Part shown: positions 1 to 9,405 of the stretch, piece after piece
Position numbering within the stretch: position 1 is the stretch's first letter
How the letters are laid out: every line of letters starts with the position of its first letter
Origin: a virus
Taxonomy: Duplodnaviria; Caudoviricetes
Length of the DNA: 63,974 nucleotides
Reading direction: 5' to 3' (one strand)
Virus record (IMG/VR): IMGVR_UViG_3300029319_000033
Location: 1-63,974 of that record
The notes under the pieces: model-generated
Told to the model about the DNA's origin: nothing
What the model saw: the letters and a program-made list of their open reading frames with translations, nothing else
Databases searched by the model: none
Translations under genes and position numbers: made by a program

Positions 1-101
1 AACTTAGCTTCTCTATTTTTTCTCCTAGTCTCAGAGGCTTTTCTATAACCTTCTTTTCTTCTAGCATCTTTAGCAGTAGTTTTAATCAATTCGTGTTCGT
101 G
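1..101. repeat. Terminal direct repeat (assembly overlap of a circular or permuted genome), left copy
   Basis: 1-101 matches 63874-63974 at 100/101 positions; the only difference is G99 vs A63972. Confidence 0.97.
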
Positions 102-3100
102 ATTTTCAAGACCCAAATCCCAAGTGCTCCAACCTAAAGTTAATAAAACTCTTTCCCAAGTTTCATAATTTTCTTTTGTTGCAGCTGTTATATTCCTAAT
201 TGTTAGTAATGCTCTATCTGCAGGAATATTAGTAAATGCAGATACACCTTTAGTACCAATTTCATATATAGGGCTATCAAATTTAAACCCTTTTGCTTCT
301 ATAACATCTTTTTCAATTTCACTTGTTTTATAACCACTATAAAGTTTACCAAAAAAAGTTCCTATGGGTGGAGAAATTGAAAGTAAATCATTTTCAATTC
401 TAGCAATGTCTTTAGCAAAAATACTATCACTTTGTTTTTGTTTATAAAGTTCTAGAATAGCATTTTTTAAACCAGCTACAACTGCTCCTGTATAACCAAG
501 ACCACCTCTTAAAAATGAATCTACTATACCATTTGTTGCAAAATCAATTTGTCTTTTTAAAAGCTTTTTTGTTTTCTCTTGTTTTTTTTCATCATCCTCA
601 TCATCACCACCGAGTCCAAGAGTAGCAAATAAAGCAGTTTGCATACCAGTAAAAAGTATGTTTTGTACTACAGCGTAGTAAGCTAATTTAGATAAATTAG
701 TCTTCCTATCGCCTCTATTATTTACAAGATCTAAATATGCTTTTTTAGTTAATCTAGCATACTGCATCGGTGTGTTTGCAAAAGCAAGTAATATTCTACC
801 AAAGTGACTTCTCTGTTGTTGTGATATTTCAGCCGGATCTGAAGACTGCTGAGTTTCTTCAGTTATTTGATCAAAATCTTCAAATGCAGCTTTCTCTGCT
901 TCCTGAACAGTCATCCCCTTCTTTATGTTTGAATTAACTCTATTCCTGTACATAGAAGCTCCTCCAAGAGCTATAGCAAAACTATCAGCTATTTGAGTAA
1001 AGAAAAATCCTTTATTCAATAAAGTTTTTATAACACTTCTAGTTTGATTTACTCCATCTTTCCCTTGAACTGCAGCTGAAATTTCTGCTTCAGCTATATT
1101 TATTTTCGTACCTGCTCTTCTTTGTCTTAACTTATCAGAATTAAACAAAAATGTAAAATCTTTCCAAAATTGTTTTTGATTTGCAAAAGCACGAGCAGCT
1201 TGTACTGGGTTGTTATCACTCCAGTTTAAATAATTAACAGATGAAATAGTTTGTAATATTGCAGATCTTACGTTAAAAAACATAACAGTTGCTGTTGAAT
1301 TATTAAGCCAATCGTACCATTTTTGTTCAACAGATCCCTTTTTTAATGGTCTTCTAAGTACACCACTTTTCATACTGTTTAATGAACCTTCTAAAGCCTC
1401 TCTAAATTTTGGACCATACGTAGCTTCTATTTTATTTAAATTTTCTTCTGAAAAAATTTCATTAGAATTTTCTATAAATTCATTTAAGTATTCTGATCTA
1501 GCATTATCAATGCTATAACTTAAATCACTTACAATAGTGCTACCTTCCCAAAATTCTTGAGGTTCTGGATATTTACCATCAAAACTTTTCATTGTACCTA
1601 AATCATCAGCAAAAGCTAATAATTGTTTGTCACTTTTAACAAACTCCACTAAAGTATCAACTTCTTTTTGAGTTAAATCAAGATCAGAATTTTTAACTCC
1701 TTGCTTGTTCCAAAGATATACTCTTACAGCTGCATCTTTATTAAAATTAGTATTAGGTACATGTTCTCCTGTTAATTTAGATTCAAGTTTAAGTTGATCA
1801 ATATATTTAAAATGTTTCTTTTTTATACCTTTATACTCATCTGTTATTCTTTGCCTTTGAGAATCCATTGCTGAAATACCTCTTTTATAAGGACTCATCA
1901 GGTTATATTCAAAAAAATCTTTATGACGTTCACCCACTTTACCTTTACCTAAAAAAGAATACATGAGACCCATAAAATTATCTGCTGATGGTGGAACAAA
2001 AAACTTATACCTACCCTTTCTTGCACCTTCTCTTGTTGCAGATCTTCTTGAGTATCTTTTAGTGGCTTCAACACCTTGAGATTCTTCTAGTATTTTATTA
2101 AATTCTTCATTAATATTTTTAGAATAATTAACATTTTTTTTGTTGTAATATTTAATATTATCATCTATTGATTTTCCATCCGTAATACTAAGTTTTTTAC
2201 CGCTTGGTTTGCTTTTTGATACAGGTATGGGTTTCCCTGCCTTGGGATCAATTCTTAGCTCCCCCCTTATCCTAAATGTACTTTCTCCAGTTTTAATGTC
2301 ATTTGAATCTTTTATTGCATCAAACTTTGCAGTAACAACAACTTTAACATCTAAATTTTTTTGGTTAATTAATAAAGGAGCATGAAAAATATTTCCTTTA
2401 TCATCATCACCTAAGTAAAAAAGACCAGAATTTGCAACTTCAAGATAGGAATTACCTTTTTCACGATAGTATTTTGCTATTTTACCTAAATTAATATCAT
2501 TACTATTAAATGTTCCACCGATTTTAAAATCTTTTATAACACGATCCATCCAAGCTTCTTTTGTTTTGTCAGAAATACGCTGTTTAAATGCTTTACCATC
2601 TGGACCTTTCTCCTTAATTGTAGATCTTTTAACTGGGTTTCTTCCTAGTGCTATTTCCTGCTTATCTAAAAAATCAAAAAATTTATTTAATTGTGCTGGT
2701 AAAACATTTCTTAAAACTGCTTCAAGAAATTCAAAATTTAATTTTTTATTTGTGAATGTAATTTTCCCCTTACCTTTATTATTTACAAAATCTTCATCCA
2801 CTGATAAAACACTACTACCAAAATCTGCACCAAAATCTTTTTTAACTTCTACACCTACTATAATTGGATCACCTACCTTAATTTCTTCCTTACCTTCAGG
2901 TAATTTTTTATTTAATTCATCTATAGTTTTTCTATCTTTTTCCTGATAAACATGACCCTTATAATGTATTTGAATGTCAGGTCTAGAATCATCATTCATT
3001 GCTGTACCCTTAAGCAATGTTATTTTACCATCTTTAGCGTTGTCTATTCTTATTAAATTAAAAACAGTTATTTCTTGAATAACACCACCAACTCTTTCAT

Positions 3101-6100
3101 TTCTAATTTGATTATATTGTTGTAGTATTTTTAGAATTTTAATAGTTACAGCGTCAGATACCTTCCCTTTTTCTCTTAATTTTTGATATTCTCCTTCTTT
3201 TCCTTCTAAAAGTTCTTGAATTTTTTTTCTAGGATCTTTTTCTTTTTTAACTTTTTTAGTAACTCTTTTTGTAACTTCTAATACTTTATTTAATATATTT
3301 ATTCCATCCCTTTCTTTTAATGTCTGGAATTCTTCATCATTTAAATCAAATTGAATGCCCGGAGCTGTTTCTTTTATTGGGAGAGCAAAATTAACATTAT
3401 TAACATCTCTTTCTATTTCTACGCCCATCTGAGCAATAATACCCTCAGAGACAACTTCATCACTAGCATATTTAGATAAATCAGAATCAGTTAAAACTTT
3501 TGTATAAGCATCAAAAGCTAAAGCAGTACCTATAGAATTAGCTAAAGAATTTTTTCTTTTACCAGAAGCATCTTCAAAAAACTCCAAAAATTGTTTTTCT
3601 GTAGGTGTTTTCTTTTTATATAAATTAGGTGATTGAGTTTCTGTTTTTGCTTTAATAGCACCAATATCTTTTGCTGCTCTAGCTTCTAATGGTGTTAATT
3701 GTTTCTTTATTAGCTCAGTAAATATTGGAGTTTTACTTTTTCTATCAAGAGCAACAAGATCTCTAATAGGTAATTTTTCTACTATATTTACTCTATTTGA
3801 TTTTAAAAAATTAACAAAATTTTCTTTAGCTTTTTTACCTCCAGAAATACCACCACTCATTAGTTTTTTAATATCGACAGAAAATTGAGTTTCAAAGTTT
3901 TTTTGAAGTTTTTTCCAAACACTAGGATTTATTTGACCAGTTGTTTTATTATAATAATTCATAAAATTATCTTCAAAATCTTTAACAACCGAATCAAGTA
4001 TCTTTTTGTAAAGACCAGTTTTTTTGTCGATACCTATACTCTCTCTAAATAATGGCTTTTGTTGTTTAGGTTTTTCCTCTGCAACAACTTCCTCTTCTGC
4101 TACATCAACTCTTTCAGTTAACTCATCTTCAAACTTATCTCTTGTAGCAGCCTCACCTTTTTTATAAACATTTTTTATTTTATTGTCTAGCTGACTATTT
4201 ATCCAACCAGATAAACTATTATTTTTTTCTGGATTAAAATTTCTTATGTGAGGTATTAATTCTTCTGTTGTTGCAGATACAAAATCTTCTTCAGAAAACC
4301 CCGGTTGTCTAAATTTAACTGGAGGTATTTTACTTTTTATTAAACCCTGTAAGTCTTGGTTTGTAAAAATATCACCCAATACTGCATCCCCTTTACCAGC
4401 ATCCCACTCTTGTTTTGTAAGTTTATAGTTTCCATCAATATTTTTTTCACCAACTAAACCATCTATTTTTTCTTGTTTAGATACAACTTCTCTAGAAAAA
4501 TTAATTTGATTTTGAACCTTATTTAGTTGTGATTGAGAGAATGGTTTCTTTTGTTTAAGGAAACTAGATAAGTCTTCTGTAAACTCACCTTTTTCTATAC
4601 TTTTATTATACTCTTTCATGAAGTTATACACTCCCTGACCACTATCAAAAGATATTTTTTTAAAACCTATTGATCTAAGTATTGGTGTAAGTACGTCTCC
4701 TAACTTTGTAAAAATATTTTCTTCAAACTCTATTAAAGATGTACCATCTTCATTTTTAATATTTAAAGCATCAGAAAAATTTGTTAGGTACTCTGTGTAA
4801 TATTGACTAGATCTATTACCTTTAGAATCCACAGAAATATCATAATTTCTTTTTTTCATTAATGTATCAACGATATTCCTTTGTCTTTGAGAAAGCTTTG
4901 ATTGGAATTTTTCTACTAAAATTTTTTGTTTAGCAGCATTCCCAGCATATCTAAAAAGAATACCATGCAATACTTCATGAGAACCCACTGTGTTTTGCAA
5001 ATCAGCAGCCACAGATTTATTAACATAAACTACATTATTTGGTGCATCGTAAAAACCACCAGCGTTTTTTATGTCTGATCTTTCTTGTTTTGAAAGTTTT
5101 ATTTTTTGTTCTTTTGGTAAGGTTTTATTTAATTTATCTAAATCAGCTAATAACTCATCTGCAGTATCAAAAGCCCTAACTTGAGAACCAGACTGTTTAA
5201 TAAATTCAATATCTCTTCTTACTCTTCTTTCTCTAGAAGCCTTTTTAATTGCTGCTCTTTTAGATTTATTATCTTTTACAGCCTTTATTCTTCTGTCAAT
5301 ATCTTTATACTTATCTGTTATTTCTTTTATTTCAGATTTAACTTCTGCTAATTTATTTTTTGAAGATACTGTTTTTTTATTTTCAAGTTTTTTAACTTCT
5401 TTTTCTAATTCAAAAAATCTATCCCTATCTGTCTTATCAATTATCCTATCATCTATCTCTGATTTTATTTCAATATCAGATTGAAGTTCAGATACTCTAG
5501 AGTATAAATCATTATCATTTTTAATTTCAAAGTCTATACTCGCTTTTTCAACATCAGTAATTTTATCAGATTCTAATATTTTTATAATTTCACCTCTAGA
5601 AGCTAATCCACCATTTACTTTATATCTACCTGCTTTAGTGTTTAAAGCACTAAAACCACCCACTACTGCAGTTTTTGGAGCACCTCCTAAACCTGCAATA
5701 CCTTCTATTATTATTTCTTTTGTATCAAGTCCTCTACCTTCTATCGCCTGTGCTCCTGCTTCACCCAAAGATCCCCCCACTCCTTCAACACCAAAAGCGG
5801 CAGCTCCTTTTGCAGCTTTTACACCTATTCTTCCAGTGGCACTAGTTACACCTCTAGTTGCTCTAGCAATAGAGGATATGGCTTTACCACCAACTAAGGT
5901 TGCTGCACCTTCGATAACACCTATAGTTGATCCTGCTGCTATTGACTTCATTTGCACACTTTCAAAAAGATCTTCATCATTTAAAAATTCTTCTATAGTT
6001 TCTGGAGTGACTTCCTTACCGGCATCTCTAATTGCAGCCTGCATATTTTGAGAAAACCTGTTTACAGATTCTGAATAAGCATTAGCTGCAGCAAATCCTC

Positions 6101-6770
6101 CTGAAAGTGCTCCTCCTGCAACAGTCACTGGAGCAAAAATACCTCCTGCGAATCCAGCAGCAGCACCAACACCGGCTCCTCCTGTTGCCGCTGCAAGAGT
6201 TTCAATATTAGATAAACTAGCCACACTTTGAGCCATAACTCCAAGAAATCCATCAGTACCTGTCTCCATTGTAGCTTTGTATGTTGCTTGAATTGCATTA
6301 TCACCTTTTTCTATGTATTTATCATAGGCTTGATTCCACTCTTCCATAGCCTCTATTGGGGCAGCATTATTTATTTTTTGAATAGCTTCAAATGCATTTT
6401 GTATATCTTCTTTAGTAGACTCACCTCCAGACCTCATTATTTGACTAAACTCATCTGTAGTTTCAGCCATTGTTAATCCAACCTTACCTCCTTGTGTGAT
6501 AGCATTAAAAGAGTCAGTAAATTCTGTAAATAAATTAAAACCTTCTTCTTTAGACTTTGATGGTTCAGGTTTTTTTACTTGTTTTTGTGTTTCAGCTATT
6601 TGTAAATCAATAGCTTTCTTCCAAGAAAAAGAATCATCTACAATATTTTTTTCTTGATCTTCGATTTCTTTTTCTTCAATCTCTTGTTCCTGACTGTCTT
6701 GTTCGTAAATTTTTCTTGCTTCAGCTATGGCATTTAACCATGAAGAAGTTTCATCATTTCCATTTGACAT
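1..6770 (-). CDS. Giant putative virion ejection polyprotein, 2287 aa; continues across the join to the stop at 63780. Zincin HExxH, sigma2-like and PD-(D/E)XK modules
   Basis: ATG at 6770 (MSNGNDETSSW...). Hand translation stays open to the window edge and is in frame with the 63780-63962 ORF through the terminal repeat. Motifs: GFYD..HEVLH, NFNPEK..SLSGWI, RPDI..GVEVK. Lies after two other ejection-like genes. Confidence 0.85.
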   Translation of the reverse strand, partial: MSNGNDETSSWLNAIAEARKIYEQDSQEQEIEEKEIEDQEKNIVDDSFSWKKAIDLQIAETQKQVKKPEPSKSKEEGFNLFTEFTDSFNAITQGGKVGLTMAETTDEFSQIMRSGGESTKEDIQNAFEAIQKINNAAPIEAMEEWNQAYDKYIEKGDNAIQATYKATMETGTDGFLGVMAQSVASLSNIETLAAATGGAGVGAAAGFAGGIFAPVTVAGGALSGGFAAANAYSESVNRFSQNMQAAIRDAGKEVTPETIEEFLNDEDLFESVQMKSIAAGSTIGVIEGAATLVGGKAISSIARATRGVTSATGRIGVKAAKGAAAFGVEGVGGSLGEAGAQAIEGRGLDTKEIIIEGIAGLGGAPKTAVVGGFSALNTKAGRYKVNGGLASRGEIIKILESDKITDVEKASIDFEIKNDNDLYSRVSELQSDIEIKSEIDDRIIDKTDRDRFFELEKEVKKLENKKTVSSKNKLAEVKSEIKEITDKYKDIDRRIKAVKDNKSKRAAIKKASRERRVRRDIEFIKQSGSQVRAFDTADELLADLDKLNKTLPKEQKIKLSKQERSDIKNAGGFYDAPNNVVYVNKSVAADLQNTVGSHEVLHGILFRYAGNAAKQKILVEKFQSKLSQRQRNIVDTLMKKRNYDISVDSKGNRSSQYYTEYLTNFSDALNIKNEDGTSLIEFEENIFTKLGDVLTPILRSIGFKKISFDSGQGVYNFMKEYNKSIEKGEFTEDLSSFLKQKKPFSQSQLNKVQNQINFSREVVSKQEKIDGLVGEKNIDGNYKLTKQEWDAGKGDAVLGDIFTNQDLQGLIKSKIPPVKFRQPGFSEEDFVSATTEELIPHIRNFNPEKNNSLSGWINSQLDNKIKNVYKKGEAATRDKFEDELTERVDVAEEEVVAEEKPKQQKPLFRESIGIDKKTGLYKKILDSVVKDFEDNFMNYYNKTTGQINPSVWKKLQKNFETQFSVDIKKLMSGGISGGKKAKENFVNFLKSNRVNIVEKLPIRDLVALDRKSKTPIFTELIKKQLTPLEARAAKDIGAIKAKTETQSPNLYKKKTPTEKQFLEFFEDASGKRKNSLANSIGTALAFDAYTKVLTDSDLSKYASDEVVSEGIIAQMGVEIERDVNNVNFALPIKETAPGIQFDLNDEEFQTLKERDGINILNKVLEVTKRVTKKVKKEKDPRKKIQELLEGKEGEYQKLREKGKVSDAVTIKILKILQQYNQIRNERVGGVIQEITVFNLIRIDNAKDGKITLLKGTAMNDDSRPDIQIHYKGHVYQEKDRKTIDELNKKLPEGKEEIKVGDPIIVGVEVKKDFGADFGSSVLSVDEDFVNNKGKGKITFTNKKLNFEFLEAVLRNVLPAQLNKFFDFLDKQEIALGRNPVKRSTIKEKGPDGKAFKQRISDKTKEAWMDRVIKDFKIGGTFNSNDINLGKIAKYYREKGNSYLEVANSGLFYLGDDDKGNIFHAPLLINQKNLDVKVVVTAKFDAIKDSNDIKTGESTFRIRGELRIDPKAGKPIPVSKSKPSGKKLSITDGKSIDDNIKYYNKKNVNYSKNINEEFNKILEESQGVEATKRYSRRSATREGARKGRYKFFVPPSADNFMGLMYSFLGKGKVGERHKDFFEYNLMSPYKRGISAMDSQRQRITDEYKGIKKKHFKYIDQLKLESKLTGEHVPNTNFNKDAAVRVYLWNKQGVKNSDLDLTQKEVDTLVEFVKSDKQLLAFADDLGTMKSFDGKYPEPQEFWEGSTIVSDLSYSIDNARSEYLNEFIENSNEIFSEENLNKIEATYGPKFREALEGSLNSMKSGVLRRPLKKGSVEQKWYDWLNNSTATVMFFNVRSAILQTISSVNYLNWSDNNPVQAARAFANQKQFWKDFTFLFNSDKLRQRRAGTKINIAEAEISAAVQGKDGVNQTRSVIKTLLNKGFFFTQIADSFAIALGGASMYRNRVNSNIKKGMTVQEAEKAAFEDFDQITEETQQSSDPAEISQQQRSHFGRILLAFANTPMQYARLTKKAYLDLVNNRGDRKTNLSKLAYYAVVQNILFTGMQTALFATLGLGGDDEDDEKKQEKTKKLLKRQIDFATNGIVDSFLRGGLGYTGAVVAGLKNAILELYKQKQSDSIFAKDIARIENDLLSISPPIGTFFGKLYSGYKTSEIEKDVIEAKGFKFDSPIYEIGTKGVSAFTNIPADRALLTIRNITAATKENYETWERVLLTLGWSTWDLGLENHEHELIKTTAKDARRKEGYRKASETRRKNREAK

Positions 6771-6775
6771 AATTG

Positions 6776-8041
6776 TTAATCTATTGGATTAAGATCTACA
6801 TATTTCATTAAAAGAGGTAACTCTTCAAATTTATAATATCTGATAGCTCTCATACCTTCTTTTGCTGCTTGATTTGAAAGTAAAAATGCATCTTGTTTTG
6901 GAACATACTCAACATAATACCCATCATAATATATTTCTTCGTTTAATCTATCACTCAAAGTTTGTTGACCTGTTATGTTTTGCTCTTGTATTTTAGTTTT
7001 TTCTTCATCATCAATATTAGTAAAATCCCGAATAGGATAAAATCTAACTAAATCCTTTTCATTACTTTTCATCCAATTTTGATGTTTACTTGATATTGTA
7101 TTAGGATTTTTTTGATTAAACCCTAAATTAGACTGCTGTATAATGGCTTGTCTATATTTAGCTAATAGTTCATTTTCTAATTCCTCTTTAGCTTGTAAAG
7201 AAATAATTTCATCACTACTATTAATTCTGTTAAATATTTCTTCAGTTCCTTCATATAACGATATGCCTGCAACCAAATCATCTACAGCTAAAGATTTAAG
7301 AACATCTATACCACCTTTTTCTATAGTTTTTTTAATTTGACTCATGGTTAAGTTTACAGTAGCATCACTAAGTTTTTGACCTGAATCAAAAGCTTTCACC
7401 ATTAAACTTTCAACGAACATAGCTTCATCTGCAGCTTTTAGTGAAGGAAGTTTTAAATCTGTCATCTTAAAAAAACCACCTCTACCATCATCAAAAAATA
7501 AATCACCTTGATCGTTTATGATGACATTTAATTTATCTGTAAATAAAGCTCCATTTAAAGCTATATTACCAAGATCATTAGCTTTAGAAAAATTTTTGTT
7601 GGTAAAATTAGTTAAATTATCTTCCTTACTTTGACCAAATAAATTCCATTGAGCTTTTAAATTACTCATTGCTTGTAAGGATTGATTCATTATATTTGTT
7701 TGTTCTTGATATTCATCAGTCCCTGCTTGCATATTTACTCTAGCAGTTACAGCGTCACTATATATTCTTTTTTGTTTAAAAGAAAAGTCTTCTATTGCTG
7801 ATCTGTATATTTCTGGTATATTAGAAATAGCTATACCGGGAGGGAATTGATCTATATATCTAGTTATTTCTCTGTTTATTCTTTCTTCAGTTGCTTTTCT
7901 TTCTAATCTTAGTTTTTCTGCTTCTAATCTTCTTCTTTCAGCAACCTCATTAAAAGGATCAGCTAATTCTTTTCCAAAACTAGGATTTTGATACATCCAA
8001 GCATCTTTTGATGCCCTTATTAAACCTACATCTGCTGCCAT
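6776..8041 (-). CDS. Putative internal virion (ejection) protein, 421 aa
   Basis: Long helical ORF between the pilot-like and giant proteins, as in the usual podovirus three-gene ejection cluster; function inferred from position. Confidence 0.55.
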   Translation of the reverse strand: MAADVGLIRASKDAWMYQNPSFGKELADPFNEVAERRRLEAEKLRLERKATEERINREITRYIDQFPPGIAISNIPEIYRSAIEDFSFKQKRIYSDAVTARVNMQAGTDEYQEQTNIMNQSLQAMSNLKAQWNLFGQSKEDNLTNFTNKNFSKANDLGNIALNGALFTDKLNVIINDQGDLFFDDGRGGFFKMTDLKLPSLKAADEAMFVESLMVKAFDSGQKLSDATVNLTMSQIKKTIEKGGIDVLKSLAVDDLVAGISLYEGTEEIFNRINSSDEIISLQAKEELENELLAKYRQAIIQQSNLGFNQKNPNTISSKHQNWMKSNEKDLVRFYPIRDFTNIDDEEKTKIQEQNITGQQTLSDRLNEEIYYDGYYVEYVPKQDAFLLSNQAAKEGMRAIRYYKFEELPLLMKYVDLNPID

Positions 8042-8076
8042 AATTAAACTCTTTTAAACATTATATTTTTAACTTA

Positions 8077-9015
8077 TTAGACTGGACTTACTGCACCTAG
8101 AATAGTTTTAGCTGCTTCCATACCTGCAGCACCAAATTGACCAACTCCACCTATTATATCTGCTCTACCCAGTGCTCTTGCTTGATCTGCTTGACCCTTC
8201 CTCTGTAAAGATAACCCAAGTAATGTTGCATCTCTATCAAATTCAGCTTGCTGCAGTGCTTGTGCACCTCTAGCCTCAAAAACCTGACCTTGAAAACCCA
8301 TTTCAGCACCAAGTCTTTGATTAGCTTGAGCTTGTTGTGCTGCGAGTAGTTGATTTTGTTGTGCTATATCTACACCAGCCATTTGATTTGAAGCAGCCAT
8401 TTGTGCAGCAAGTATTTGATTTTGTGAACCTTGCTGAATCTCTCTAGCTTGATTTGCCGCTGACTCAGCTGCAGTCATTTGTTGTATTTGTGAGGCTTGT
8501 TGTGCTGCCAGTCTTCTATTTGCTTGTTCTTGTTGACCAATAGAAGCCGCTGCTGCTTGCATGTTTTGACTTTGTTGACCTGCTAATGTCTGTGCTAAAG
8601 CAGCTATACCGCTACTACCTGCTGCACCTCTTGCACCAGCTAAAATATTTGATAACCCTTGTTGTTGTTGTTGAGCTTGAAATTCAGCTGCTCTTTGATC
8701 CACAGTTAAATCTTCAGCTACGTTTTGCATTTGAGATGCAAAATTTTGTGCACCTACTGCTGTATTTTGAAGACCTGCTGCAAAATTAGTTAAATTAGCT
8801 GCTGGATTTGTTAAAGTTGCTGCTGGGGTTGCTAAATTAGCTGCTGGATTTGTAAGATTTGCAAAAGGATTTTGAAACTCAAAACTTTCATACGCCTGCA
8901 TTCTTTGATTAAGAAGATCCGCTGCATCTGATTGTTCTTTTCTTCTTCTTCTACTACCAAAGAGTCCCCCAAGTGTTTGTGCTATTCCTCCGATAAAACT
9001 AGGTCCATTACTCAT
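8077..9015 (-). CDS. Gln/Ala-rich pilot or ejection protein, 312 aa
   Basis: Gly-rich N-terminus (GGIAQTLGGLFG), Q/A coiled coil, 7-aa ANLTNPA repeats. Confidence 0.65.
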   Translation of the reverse strand: MSNGPSFIGGIAQTLGGLFGSRRRRKEQSDAADLLNQRMQAYESFEFQNPFANLTNPAANLATPAATLTNPAANLTNFAAGLQNTAVGAQNFASQMQNVAEDLTVDQRAAEFQAQQQQQGLSNILAGARGAAGSSGIAALAQTLAGQQSQNMQAAAASIGQQEQANRRLAAQQASQIQQMTAAESAANQAREIQQGSQNQILAAQMAASNQMAGVDIAQQNQLLAAQQAQANQRLGAEMGFQGQVFEARGAQALQQAEFDRDATLLGLSLQRKGQADQARALGRADIIGGVGQFGAAGMEAAKTILGAVSPV

Positions 9016-9057
9016 ATTGTTTTTATTTTATTTTTTTATTTTAATTACATATATATT

Positions 9058-9396
9058 TTAAGACTTACTGCTTTCAACTATGTCTGATCCTACTTGATAT
9101 AGCTCTACTTCACTTGTAGATTCATTTTTCATTTCAACTTCAGCATAATAACCTACTAGCGAAGATAAGTTAGCCTTATTGTCTTTACTAAAAAAGAAGA
9201 AATTACTTGTTGTAGGTACATCAGCACTAGAATCTATACTACATGTTACAGTTGTATTTGTTAATGCAGTTACACTACCAACTTCTATAGGAGTGCCAGT
9301 TATATTATTAGTTACTACAGCATAGTGAACCGTATCACCTATTTGTAAAGATTTATTGACTGGGTTTGCAAATGTTAAAATTAATGAAGTTGCCAT
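9058..9396 (-). CDS. Tail-associated protein, possibly the separately encoded C-terminal part of the nozzle
   Basis: Directly follows the nozzle gene; ends GYYAEVEMKN..ELYQVGSDIVESS. Confidence 0.5.
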   Translation of the reverse strand: MATSLILTFANPVNKSLQIGDTVHYAVVTNNITGTPIEVGSVTALTNTTVTCSIDSSADVPTTSNFFFFSKDNKANLSSLVGYYAEVEMKNESTSEVELYQVGSDIVESSKS

Positions 9397-9405
9397 ATTT
9401 AATAT

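Noticed and set aside
1-6770. Virion RNA polymerase as in crAss-like phages
   Set aside because: I saw no DFDID/DxDGD-type catalytic motif in my hand translation. A profile search should confirm this.
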